Shown here one piece after another: positions 1 to 9,280 of a stretch of DNA of 34,716 nt. The stretch spans positions 1 through 34,716 of the IMG/VR virus record IMGVR_UViG_3300012808_000019. One strand, given 5' to 3'. The translations under genes and the position numbers were made by a program. Origin of the DNA: a virus. Its lineage: Duplodnaviria; Caudoviricetes. Under the pieces are notes generated by a model. The model had not been told where the DNA came from. It worked only from the letters and a program-made list of their open reading frames with translations, and ran no database searches. Within the stretch, counting starts at the first letter, position 1; each line of letters opens with the position of its first letter.

Positions 1-303
1 ATGGCCATAGACTACAAACAATATCACCCGAAATGGAAACTGATTAGCCGCTTGATACGATTCAAGCGCGCTAAGAATCGATGCGAGCTGTGCGATGCTG
101 AAAATTATCAACCTCATACTATTACCGGTAGCAAGGTGGTGCTTACTGTAGCTCACATGGATCACGACAAAACGAATAACCGCTTTTGTAATTTGAATGC
201 TCTGTGCCAACGCTGCCATTTAAAGCATGACCATCCGCAGCACATTGAAAATCGGAGGTACGGTAGGAATTGGAAGGTTAATCAGACGAGATTGGATATA
301 TGA
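1..303 (+). CDS. HNH endonuclease-like protein
   Basis: CELC ... LTVAHMDHDKTNN..CNLNALCQRCH, a zinc-binding HNH pattern. Confidence 0.8.
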   Translation: MAIDYKQYHPKWKLISRLIRFKRAKNRCELCDAENYQPHTITGSKVVLTVAHMDHDKTNNRFCNLNALCQRCHLKHDHPQHIENRRYGRNWKVNQTRLDI

Positions 304-609
304 ATTAATTCAAAAATCATTTGATAATATACGGGTATAATTAGATAAAATATTGCCATAAAAAAACCTACAAATGTTGTATTTTTATGGCAAAACCTCA
401 TTACGTACCGAAGAATTATATTATGAATTATCAACTTAATAGAAAGTTTTTTTTGCATACTTATCGAAACAAAATTTGGAAATCAGCTCTGATACGCCTG
501 ACTCAATTTTAAACCCAACCTTACTAAAAATGATAAAAATAAACGAATACACACCATAGCTCCCAAAATTCACTAATTAATATTTAATCTTAAACTTTAA
601 ACCGCTTTT

Positions 610-1359
610 ATGAGAATTATCTTATTAAACCTCTTTCTAGCTTTATTGGTTCTTACCATTAGCTGTGAGAAAAATGTAATAATTGAACCCTATCAAGATT
701 ATGAATCGAAATTGAGATCTGAATTTAATATGAAAGTTGTATCGGATAAACACATACTTGATAGTTTGTCGAATCTGAATCTTCAAGAATTCAGTAGCTA
801 TGAGGATATTTATAAGCACTACAAAGGTATGTTAAGCAGACATATTGAAAGAGACACGATTCAAATATATCCCGTTAAAAAAACAAAATTATTAAAGCCC
901 AAAATGGGGGATAAAAGAATGGATCAATGGTCTGCCTCAGCGCAGTATAACGCATTTATCCAAAGTTCGGCATCGTCAACATTATCAGCAACATTCAATA
1001 TAATGTATACAGCAGAGACTACGATTTATTGGAATTGGAGTCAATCAAGTATTACAGCACCAATCATATTTCTGGGAAACACTTTTTCTGGCACGAGTTC
1101 TTCAAATCACTTTTTAGGTTACACTGGCACGAACCAAATGACAGGTAGTGCTATACATCCCTTCGATACTGCAAACGGAGGTAACGGAGGTTTCGCAGGA
1201 ATGGCAAACTGCTATGCGACAATTGCCGGAATACCGATGTCACTGTCAGTAAAGTTAAATGGAACATATAAATTCTTAGCTCCAGCCAGTCCACAGAGCC
1301 CCGCTCACGTCGCTCATACTTTCACTGCTACCGATGCTACGAGTATATTCCCAGATTAA
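610..1359 (+). CDS. Hypothetical lipoprotein (moron)
   Basis: Hydrophobic N-terminus ending in lipobox LTISC; AT-rich; followed by a terminator-like hairpin. Confidence 0.7.
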   Translation: MRIILLNLFLALLVLTISCEKNVIIEPYQDYESKLRSEFNMKVVSDKHILDSLSNLNLQEFSSYEDIYKHYKGMLSRHIERDTIQIYPVKKTKLLKPKMGDKRMDQWSASAQYNAFIQSSASSTLSATFNIMYTAETTIYWNWSQSSITAPIIFLGNTFSGTSSSNHFLGYTGTNQMTGSAIHPFDTANGGNGGFAGMANCYATIAGIPMSLSVKLNGTYKFLAPASPQSPAHVAHTFTATDATSIFPD

Positions 1360-1433
1360 CTCAACACCACTCCATTTATGTAAAGTGTAAATGAGTTTTG
1401 GGAGATTATTATAGAAATATTTTAAACTAATAG

Positions 1434-1460
1434 AAGGCTAGCATTATTCGCTAGCCTTTT
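1434..1460 (+). terminator. Intrinsic terminator
   Basis: AAGGCTAGC-attattc-GCTAGCCTT followed by T residues. Confidence 0.65.
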
Positions 1461-1488
1461 CACTTTAGCAAACTTTAGCTTTCATAAA

Positions 1489-1505
1489 TACTAAAATACT
1501 TAGCA
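1489..1505. promoter_or_regulatory. Palindromic operator CTAA-N5-TTAG (candidate SOS/LexA-type box)
   Basis: TACTAA-AATAC-TTAGCA lying 10 nt upstream of the ATG at 1516. Confidence 0.4.
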
Positions 1506-1515
1506 ATTTTGTTTT

Positions 1516-1977
1516 ATGAAACCGCTAGAAATCCATGTCCGTAATCGCGTCATGTTTGCTAAGATACAAGCCGAGCAGAAGTTTATCGGAACCTGCGACT
1601 ATACCCTATTCGATAAAAACGGGATGTCTATCTACATCTTCAGGTACGATAAAGGAAAATGGAGCCATGTATACGGAACACTGGCCGAAGATGTCCGTGA
1701 GGCTTGCATCGATGCGCTTGTTATAAGGTTCGACACCAGCTGCACGGAGATGTTCTACTTTAAAGGGGAACGGAAGATCGTAGATGTAAGCTTCGCCCAG
1801 GGTGCCAATCACTGGGATGTGCTGGTTAACCGGTTTTGGATGGGATCAATCATATTGAAGGATTCTACCATGGAGCTTATCTACCTAAAGCATAATGAAT
1901 GCGAAGCGCTACCGCCTGAGAGGATAGAAAAGTATTTACAGTGGATAAGGGAAGGTAAGATTAAAGGGGCTAGGTAA
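1516..1977 (+). CDS. Hypothetical protein
   Basis: 153 aa ORF with plausible start context; no recognisable motif. Confidence 0.7.
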   Translation: MKPLEIHVRNRVMFAKIQAEQKFIGTCDYTLFDKNGMSIYIFRYDKGKWSHVYGTLAEDVREACIDALVIRFDTSCTEMFYFKGERKIVDVSFAQGANHWDVLVNRFWMGSIILKDSTMELIYLKHNECEALPPERIEKYLQWIREGKIKGAR

Positions 1978-2086
1978 AATAAATCCCTAATCAATTTTAT
2001 TTGAAGGCACGAGGGGCTAACTTTACGATGAATGCCCTACATTCTACCAAAAGAACCGTTCAGGCGCACTCAAATTTCTACACAAT

Positions 2087-2118
2087 GTCCCTCTGTCTTT
2101 TGGCAGGGGGATTTTTAT
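2087..2118 (+). terminator. Intrinsic terminator-like hairpin
   Basis: TCCCTCTGTC-tttt-GGCAGGGGGA followed by TTTTT. Confidence 0.55.
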
Positions 2119-2438
2119 TGAATAGCTAGTTATACATCTCGTAAAGTTCTTTTACCTATGCTCTGGCCAGTAGATTTTATGTCGATCTGCTAACCATATC
2201 TTATATTTTAACTACTTTTTATCTATATCGCTCGTAAAACCAAAAAATTATTTATAATTCAAATAATGATTCTAATCACTTTTGTTCTGATTTAAAATAT
2301 TTACGTTTGACCAACAATGTTGCCCCTCCCAAGGGCACAATTTTCATAAGCATGGCTCTCCTTGGAAACTCGGAGAGCCTATTTAGCATCGATAACGAAT
2401 ACCAGTTTGTGATGTCGTAATTTATTGTACCTTCGCGC

Positions 2439-2643
2439 ATGACAATCCCCGAACTTAAGGCCTTCTTTCAAGACAAGACCTTTAACCCCACCCATCCAGA
2501 TAACCGACGATCAGATAGTAACGGATCCTGTACAGTTCCTCCATACCCAATTCATCATGATAGGCCAATGGCCCGATAAGAAGCCACTGGAGAAATGCCC
2601 CGCTTATTTGAGGTTAATGAAGTTTTGGGAGGCGGTGAAATAA
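2439..2643 (+). pseudogene. Frameshifted small gene (resembles DUF6965-type Bacteroidetes proteins)
   Basis: MTIPELKAFFQDKTF in one frame continues as PIQITDDQIVTDPVQFLHTQF...CPAYLRLMKFWEAVK* in another; span 205 nt (3n+1); promoter-like TTTG..TACCTTCG directly upstream. Confidence 0.55.
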
Positions 2644-2790
2644 TAATATTTCAGGAACATAATGTCCTATGTAGCTATAATTCATCTGAATTATTTACTA
2701 AACAAAAGTTGCACCTATTGTTTTTTTACATATTTTAGCTACGTGAAAATTTAGAAACCAAACAATTACAAATTATTACCGTTACCAAGT

Positions 2791-3717
2791 ATGAATGTAG
2801 CCGAAATTCTTCGACGAATAGACGTAGTTAAACCTGAAATGAATTATTGGTTCGTTAGAACTGATGATGGCACCCTTTTCGAAGAATTTTACGAAAATGG
2901 ATATATAGCAATCGGTTGGGACTATTTGACGTTATCAGAAATAAACACACTTTCAGATGAAGCAATAAGAAACCGGATTGCTGAAAAGGAGAATCTTGAT
3001 CCGACAACTTTTAAAGGGAAGGGGGCAATAACAACGATTCACAACAAACTTAAAACCTTCATTTCTTTAAAGAAGGGAGACGTTGTCGTTATACCTAGCA
3101 AAAATTCCGATAGGCTGGCTTTTGGAAGAATTTCAAGCGATAAACCTTATACAGCGGACGCTAAAAACTTTACAAAACGATTCAATGTAAGTTGGTACGA
3201 CGTTAAAAATATCCGAGATCTGAACGCTATTTTTTATCAAGTTAAATCTAATCAACACAGCATTAGTTCTATAGACCGTTTTGCACCACATATTGATAGA
3301 GTTGTAGGCAATCTCTTCGAGAAAAATAATATGACCCACTATGTGTTAAAGATCGAAAAAAATGATGATATAAACTTTGACGACCTAAATGACTTGATGA
3401 CTAACATCAAGAAGCTTACTAAAGCGATTAATAAGCATTTCGGTTTCAACGAAAATACCGACGAATTTTATATTAAAGTAAATTTACAGTCAAAAGGAGC
3501 TTTGGAATTGATAAAATCTGGAAAAAGTTTAGCAATTTTGGCATTCCTATTGTTCGCTTCTTCATGTGATAATTTAGATAAACAAGATGATGCAAAAATA
3601 AAATCTTTTGTTGCGGACAACAAAAAATTGATAGAACAAACTACCACAAATATAGATACACTAGAGGGCAACACCGACGAACTTACAAAACCTTTTAAAA
3701 AGAAAAATGGAAAATAG
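2791..3717 (+). CDS. Protein with N-terminal domain of the type seen in Mrr/McrB-like restriction proteins, plus C-terminal hydrophobic segment
   Basis: YWFVR...FYENGYIAIGW...LKKGDVVVIPS motif; late hydrophobic stretch SLAILAFLLFASSC. Confidence 0.6.
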   Translation: MNVAEILRRIDVVKPEMNYWFVRTDDGTLFEEFYENGYIAIGWDYLTLSEINTLSDEAIRNRIAEKENLDPTTFKGKGAITTIHNKLKTFISLKKGDVVVIPSKNSDRLAFGRISSDKPYTADAKNFTKRFNVSWYDVKNIRDLNAIFYQVKSNQHSISSIDRFAPHIDRVVGNLFEKNNMTHYVLKIEKNDDINFDDLNDLMTNIKKLTKAINKHFGFNENTDEFYIKVNLQSKGALELIKSGKSLAILAFLLFASSCDNLDKQDDAKIKSFVADNKKLIEQTTTNIDTLEGNTDELTKPFKKKNGK

Positions 3718-4204
3718 CTTCTTAGGCGGATCAGAGAATTTGTATAAATACCTCGTTACAATTGGGCTTCTGCTTATTGTGGGATCTGTTTATTATCCAT
3801 TGAAGGAAAAACAAAGTTTAGAATTACTCAAAATAGAACTGCAAGCAGATGTCGAGCAGCTTTCCATTAAGGTCAAAAATAATGCTAAGGCTGCAGAAGA
3901 GTTGAAAAACAAAAAAAATCCATTGACATATAAAAATGATTTGATTAAAATCAAAGAATTGAATGAACAAAACCAAATTGAACAGATAGAAACGGAAAAA
4001 ATGGTTTCAGAAATGAATAATCGAACAATTTACATTTGTTGGTATAATGTGTTATTTTGGATCTTTTTCCCGACAGGTATCGTTTTATGCGGTTTTGGCT
4101 TTTTGAAATGGAAGCAAGTCAAGAAATGCGATGATGAGATAAAAACCTTAGAGTTAGAGAAACTTAGGATAGAAGTAGAACAACTTAAAAAAGCCACTCC
4201 TTAG
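3707..4204 (+). CDS. Two-TM membrane protein with coiled-coil loop
   Basis: Hydrophobic segments YLVTIGLLLIVGSVYY and WYNVLFWIFFPTGIVLCGFGFL; overlaps the upstream gene by 11 nt. Confidence 0.75.
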   Translation: MENSFLGGSENLYKYLVTIGLLLIVGSVYYPLKEKQSLELLKIELQADVEQLSIKVKNNAKAAEELKNKKNPLTYKNDLIKIKELNEQNQIEQIETEKMVSEMNNRTIYICWYNVLFWIFFPTGIVLCGFGFLKWKQVKKCDDEIKTLELEKLRIEVEQLKKATP

Positions 4205-4214
4205 AGTGGCTTTG
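4186..4214. terminator. Bidirectional terminator between convergent units
   Basis: AAAAAAGCCACTC-ctta-GAGTGGCTTT. Confidence 0.7.
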
Positions 4215-4226
4215 CCATTATTTATC

Positions 4227-4370
4227 TCAATCGCCCCATCCGAACCAAATTTCTCTTTTTGGCTTCTTCTTAAAACGATTAGCAAAATTCAAAATAGGCT
4301 GTTTAAAGAACAGCTTTAATAAAAATTTAATAAATTCAATTGTTACTTCAGAAGAAACATCGTCAATCAT
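4227..4370 (-). CDS. Possible small peptide (47 aa)
   Basis: MIDDVSSEVTIEFIKFLLKLFFKQPILNFANRFKKKPKREIWFGWGD; A-rich leader; ends just before the terminator; not in the ORF track. Confidence 0.3.
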   Translation of the reverse strand: MIDDVSSEVTIEFIKFLLKLFFKQPILNFANRFKKKPKREIWFGWGD

Positions 4371-4558
4371 TCCTTTTATTGTTTTATGCCTAGCAGCGTC
4401 GGCGGTTATCGATATGGTAGTGCATGCTGCATTGATTAGATGGATACAATAAATCTAATTGCATATACCACTTTTATAAAGATAACTAAAGAAAAAATTA
4501 TGGTTCGAAACTTTTACTTTCAAAAATGCATATCCGTAAAGCCGTTTTAACGTTTAAA

Positions 4559-5191
4559 CTATCTGTTGTTATTTCTACCAAAAAACCACCAAGCCAATCC
4601 AATAACCACAAGCAAAACAGCCACCGCCCCACCAATCCAATTGCCAATGATCCCAGTTGCACTTGGCTGCGAATTACTAACCGTGCTAGATGACTTCTCA
4701 CTACGCCGCTGTTCAGCCGTCACAGCAACCTGCTTTTCCTGCTTCTGCTCATGCTTTTCTTCCCTTTCCTTTGTCTGATCCTTCTTTTCAGTGATCGTCT
4801 CATTCTCGGTTTTCGTTGTCCGCTCGGGCGGCGTGTTGATCTCGAAAGTGAGAGTGTTCGCCATAGTGTCAAGTACAGCTTTCACCACTTGCCCAGCAGA
4901 ATCCCTCAAAAAGTTATCCCCCGGCTTCAGCTCCCCTTTCTTTACGGTGATCTTCGACCTCCCGCCCTTCTCGGTCACGGTAGTGGTTTCGCGCTGCGTG
5001 ACTATGGTACCTTTATCGATCGTTTGCTCTTTGATCTCGCCGGAGGAGGTTGCAGTGGATACCTCCACGCTATCCCTCTTGGCAACGGTTTCAATCTGAT
5101 GGGATTGTTTATTCTTATTTTTGCGGAGCATACCGCAAGAAGCGAAGGCGGCCACTATGGCCACCATCGCTAAAAGCTTACTCAAGTTCAT
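4559..5191 (-). CDS. Putative unimolecular spanin
   Basis: N-terminal lipobox AFASC plus C-terminal TM helix (WIGGAVAVLLVVIGLAWWFF); last gene of the lysis cassette. Confidence 0.65.
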   Translation of the reverse strand: MNLSKLLAMVAIVAAFASCGMLRKNKNKQSHQIETVAKRDSVEVSTATSSGEIKEQTIDKGTIVTQRETTTVTEKGGRSKITVKKGELKPGDNFLRDSAGQVVKAVLDTMANTLTFEINTPPERTTKTENETITEKKDQTKEREEKHEQKQEKQVAVTAEQRRSEKSSSTVSNSQPSATGIIGNWIGGAVAVLLVVIGLAWWFFGRNNNR

Positions 5192-5357
5192 GAAATGCTT
5201 TGTTTAGACTGTCAAGTGAAGAATTGAGGCCATCGAGGCTCTTATCTATTTCGGGTGATGGCGTGCGTTTGACCTTCAAACGGCTGCGCTCACTGTTATA
5301 GGATGATGTCACCACTCCAAGCAGCAACAACCCGATTAAAATCAATTTTCTTTTCAT
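5178..5357 (-). CDS. Small lysis-cassette membrane/secreted protein (59 aa)
   Basis: MKRKLILIGLLLLGVVTSS...; ATGA overlap with the upstream stop; fills the gap exactly; below the ORF-track cutoff. Confidence 0.7.
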   Translation of the reverse strand: MKRKLILIGLLLLGVVTSSYNSERSRLKVKRTPSPEIDKSLDGLNSSLDSLNKAFHELE

Positions 5358-5692
5358 CGTAATTTCTCCTTAATGACCTGAATGGCCCCTTTGGCCGACT
5401 CGGTGACAGTGTCCACCTTCTGCCGCATGCTATCAACTTTGGGCACAACCTCTTCCTGTACTACGCGCCGCGATTCAAGACGGGAAACAGCCTTTATTTC
5501 CTCGATGCGCTTTTCGTTGAGCGTGGATGTGTCGTCAATCAGCCGGTTCATTAATTTGTTGTTGTCGTAGCGCTGCCAAAATATGATGATAAGACATATC
5601 ACCAAGCAAAAGGCCAGCGTACGTTGGTGGGCGGCAGATGTTAGCTTAGTGATGCCGCCCGTTGCTTTCTCGATCAATTCTTCTTTACTCAT
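5354..5692 (-). CDS. Single-TM lysis protein (holin- or spanin-like)
   Basis: TM segment LAFCLVICLIIIFW followed by a coiled-coil; directly after the endolysin. Confidence 0.55.
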   Translation of the reverse strand: MSKEELIEKATGGITKLTSAAHQRTLAFCLVICLIIIFWQRYDNNKLMNRLIDDTSTLNEKRIEEIKAVSRLESRRVVQEEVVPKVDSMRQKVDTVTESAKGAIQVIKEKLR

Positions 5693-5696
5693 TTCT

Positions 5697-6446
5697 CTAT
5701 TTCAAATAATCCGCACTCACCCATCCTCTAAGCTTATCCTTGCATACGAGCGCTTCAATCCAACCGCCAGAAATATAAAGCACATTTACTTCGGTGCCCA
5801 GCGGTAGTGTCCGGATGATAGCATGGCCAGTGCCCGCGCCGGTCCGTAAGTTTAGCCTTGCCGTGGTGCGCATAGTGGTTACATTACCCGCATTACTGCC
5901 GCCGCCGTCATACTGATTGATGATGCGAGCGTGCTCCTTAGCCAAAGCGACCTTGCCCCGCTCGTAAGCTGTGACATCATTTGGGTTGGTGATAAAGAAA
6001 AGCTCCTGTAGGCTGTTGATGCCTCCTTTGCGGACAAATGCCAATCGACCTCGTGCAGACTGGCTCTCCTTGATCACTCCACGGTTGCGGATACCCAGCA
6101 CATCGCTAGTGGCTTTCACCATTTCAGTAGCGAAAGCTTTGTCCTGCGCGGTGTGAGCATCCGCGATCACACCAGTCGCACCCGTAGCAGTTGGGCCAGC
6201 GGCATCTGCATGGAACTCGCACGCAACGTCATTCTTTTTAGGTTTGATCCGCGTTAGGTACTGTCCAAGTGTTTCGCTATCACGATCGTTCACCACGGTC
6301 GCGCCTAGCGCTAGCAGCTCGTTGGTTACAAGATCACGATACTCCATCATCATCGTGCTTTCACGTAGCCCATTGGCCATTGCGCCGGGGTCATTGTTAT
6401 GATGCCCCGCGCTTATGTAACTGTCGTCTAATAATAGTAATGCCAT
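5697..6446 (-). CDS. Endolysin: N-acetylmuramoyl-L-alanine amidase (Amidase_3) with C-terminal SH3b
   Basis: ISAGH..DPGA..NG..E, EFHADA and ELFFITN motifs; C-terminal LNLRTGAGT..II...GW...GWVSADYL. Confidence 0.9.
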   Translation of the reverse strand: MALLLLDDSYISAGHHNNDPGAMANGLRESTMMMEYRDLVTNELLALGATVVNDRDSETLGQYLTRIKPKKNDVACEFHADAAGPTATGATGVIADAHTAQDKAFATEMVKATSDVLGIRNRGVIKESQSARGRLAFVRKGGINSLQELFFITNPNDVTAYERGKVALAKEHARIINQYDGGGSNAGNVTTMRTTARLNLRTGAGTGHAIIRTLPLGTEVNVLYISGGWIEALVCKDKLRGWVSADYLK

Positions 6447-6455
6447 AATTCTTTG

Positions 6456-9266
6456 TTATAATTTATTGTCTAAAAAAGCCCTGATTTTACCGTATGTGCC
6501 CCTGGCAAGCTGCTGGTAACCTATATTTTCAGGATGGATGCCATCCGTGTAAACCTTTACTGTTGCCACGACGTAGTCGTTAACTGGTTGCATATTGAAT
6601 TTATAGCTATTTTCCCTATCAATGTATGCGCCATGCATCACCACGGTGAGGTTAGGGTTATACTTACCATTATCAAATAAATCGATAACTCGTTGATTAA
6701 ATTTACCAATCGATCTGCGGAAGATCGTACCAGACCTATCTGCCGTCGGTAGTTCCGGTGCGCCCGGCGAACATAGGCCAAGCATGAACTTTGCATTTGG
6801 AAAGCCTCTATCAGCGCTGAAGAATGCGTCTATAAAAATTTTCGCATTGTTCATCATCACTTCAATTTCGGCATCAGTCCGGACGACAATACCCTGTCCT
6901 ACATCATTTGTACCTAGGTTCATTGACATGATATCAATCTCCTTTCGTACCAAGTTTGGAAAGTTGGTATTCATATAAGCTTGGAAATTCAAAACCCCAT
7001 CTTTCATGAATGCATTTCTTTTGCCTGCATAATCACTATTTTCATACAGTGGATTAACATAGTGCTCCCATGCCCAACTACCGCGACCCTCATGCACCGC
7101 GGTTGAACCACGAGTGCCAATCCTGTTGATTACAAAGTCTCCGTCCTGCGCAAGCAATGCGTACACTTCCTGAGCGTATGCTGTATTATCAACAAGGGAG
7201 TCACCAGATAGACAAACCTGCTTCTGCGTGGTACCATCACCAACATCCTTTCGAACCGGCCGCAATGTCATCACCTTACTTTCAATCACATTCATGCTTC
7301 GATCTCTCAAAGTATATGTAAGATTATTGTTTGTGGAGGTGACAAGCGGCACGTGCCGTAAAGCTTTACCACGTCTTGCTATTGGTGCTTGGGAATCATT
7401 TCCTTGAACAATGATTGTTTCGGGATCGTCGTATGTACCTAAATATGAAAAATCAAGATAAAAGTCGTTGTTACGCCCAATTACACTATCCAAATACCGC
7501 GGAACTATCAATCTTGATTCCGACACTGCCACGGCTTTAGCCGCCATTGCTTCACGTTCTATTATAGACAGCCACATGCTAAGTTTTAAACTTATCCGTA
7601 GCGTGTTATAATACGTTTGGTTACTTGCGCACACCCTGTAGTAGTTGGCCTCAGCTGGGGCTTCTATAACTTCATCTACCCATGTAATAAGGCCCGCATT
7701 AGACATTCTTACACCGGATATAAAACTATCCTCATTCTTCGCTTTGTAATATGATATTTTGTTCACTACCGTACTACCCGTCAACTGGCTTGTACCCGAG
7801 AATGCACCTATTATACCGGGCTTGCAAGGCATGTAATCTGAATATGCCCATCCCGACGCGGGAGATATTTTGCCAGAACCGTTGATATATTGACCTATGG
7901 TAGCGGTTGGCAAAACCTGTTTGAATGTATCGATAACACTATTTAATTCCTCGTTATCGAAGAGCTGGAAGACATTACCGATGCTAACTTTTGCCAGTCC
8001 TATCAATGCTGTAGTACTAGTTATCCTCATAAACCTTGCTCCTGCCGGCTTAATTATGCCAACTTTCCTGTATGTTGATGGCCCAGTAGTAGTAACACTG
8101 GATATGTAGGAGGATTCGTCCGCACGGGCATACCAAGCGACCGAGCTAACTGTCAGTGTTGAACCTGCGGTCACTCTCAACGATAACAAGAATGAATTAT
8201 CTGGGATATAAATAAATCGCGAAACCGACCATGAGCTATTAACGGTAGCGCGACCTAAACTATTTAAATAATAACCCTCCACCCATCTGATGACTGTTGT
8301 ATCGATTTGAAACTCTTTTGATACGACGGCTTTCCCTACATCAGCAACGGAAAAAAACGAAGAAATCTCACCATATGACTGCGGATTGGACAGCATATAG
8401 CTTGTGGCACCTACAGGAATATCTATGGTTTTTTCATCAGTACTGTTCGATATCTGTAGACCTGATATGTAAGCACCTGAAAAGTCATAAAACGATATAT
8501 TGTTCTGAACTTCACCATAGCGTATATTGCCTGTGAGGTGTAGTTTACGCAATCCGTCTGGTACGATAATTGGTTGCGTCCGATGGTAACCATCAAGCAA
8601 TGATATCCCGCCATTCTGATTGATGTATGAGCCACTAACCCAAGTAACAACAGACACGTTTCCGACCAACGTCATATCGGTGAGGAGCTTTTGGCTTGGT
8701 GATGATGTAGTGTTTTGGCCCGTCCGCTGCACTATCTCGGTTGATTTTAAAACCCACTTTGTACTCACCCCAGGTACATCCGCAGATGTCGCGGTTTGAT
8801 CTGCAGCTATTGACCAAAGCTTACCTTGATACAATACATATTGATCAGCCGTATTAATCCATGTGTAGGTTTTCTGATCGGACCAGTCCCCCAAGTTTGC
8901 ATCCTTCCCGGGGTCACCAACAATAGTTCCCATATCCCACAAAGCCCATGCGGTGCCACTCCATCCCCAAATCCAGCGATGTCCTTTAACGGCTTCGACC
9001 GTCTGGCCGCCAACAGAATACCACCCCGGCGAAGCTTCGCGCTTACGAAGTTGCCCAGCTGGCCCGGGAGCAAGAACCGTTGCTGTCGCCGAGGTTGCAC
9101 CACCGGTGACAGGATCGAGCTCAATACCTTCTATTGCAAGACCGTTTTTCAGTTCGTCCTTGCTTATCTTACCGATCGTCTTTTCATCACCCGTGTCGGT
9201 CATGATCTGCTTTATTTCAGCGTATTTCTTGGCCTTCGCATCTTTTGGCCATGTCTTGATTGCCAT
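6456..9266 (-). CDS. Tail-associated/receptor-binding protein with C-terminal SGNH/GDSL hydrolase
   Basis: GDSL, HEGRG, LGTND and DGIHP blocks; three internal repeats starting GSYINQNG / GYYLNSLG / GQYINGSG; follows the tail hub gene. Confidence 0.8.
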   Translation of the reverse strand: MAIKTWPKDAKAKKYAEIKQIMTDTGDEKTIGKISKDELKNGLAIEGIELDPVTGGATSATATVLAPGPAGQLRKREASPGWYSVGGQTVEAVKGHRWIWGWSGTAWALWDMGTIVGDPGKDANLGDWSDQKTYTWINTADQYVLYQGKLWSIAADQTATSADVPGVSTKWVLKSTEIVQRTGQNTTSSPSQKLLTDMTLVGNVSVVTWVSGSYINQNGGISLLDGYHRTQPIIVPDGLRKLHLTGNIRYGEVQNNISFYDFSGAYISGLQISNSTDEKTIDIPVGATSYMLSNPQSYGEISSFFSVADVGKAVVSKEFQIDTTVIRWVEGYYLNSLGRATVNSSWSVSRFIYIPDNSFLLSLRVTAGSTLTVSSVAWYARADESSYISSVTTTGPSTYRKVGIIKPAGARFMRITSTTALIGLAKVSIGNVFQLFDNEELNSVIDTFKQVLPTATIGQYINGSGKISPASGWAYSDYMPCKPGIIGAFSGTSQLTGSTVVNKISYYKAKNEDSFISGVRMSNAGLITWVDEVIEAPAEANYYRVCASNQTYYNTLRISLKLSMWLSIIEREAMAAKAVAVSESRLIVPRYLDSVIGRNNDFYLDFSYLGTYDDPETIIVQGNDSQAPIARRGKALRHVPLVTSTNNNLTYTLRDRSMNVIESKVMTLRPVRKDVGDGTTQKQVCLSGDSLVDNTAYAQEVYALLAQDGDFVINRIGTRGSTAVHEGRGSWAWEHYVNPLYENSDYAGKRNAFMKDGVLNFQAYMNTNFPNLVRKEIDIMSMNLGTNDVGQGIVVRTDAEIEVMMNNAKIFIDAFFSADRGFPNAKFMLGLCSPGAPELPTADRSGTIFRRSIGKFNQRVIDLFDNGKYNPNLTVVMHGAYIDRENSYKFNMQPVNDYVVATVKVYTDGIHPENIGYQQLARGTYGKIRAFLDNKL

Positions 9267-9280
9267 ATCGTTATTAATTG

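Noticed and set aside
4498-4701. 67-aa alternate-frame ORF overlapping the spanin 3' end as a possible embedded o-spanin
   Set aside because: TTG start and no lipobox; the host gene already has both lipobox and TM.
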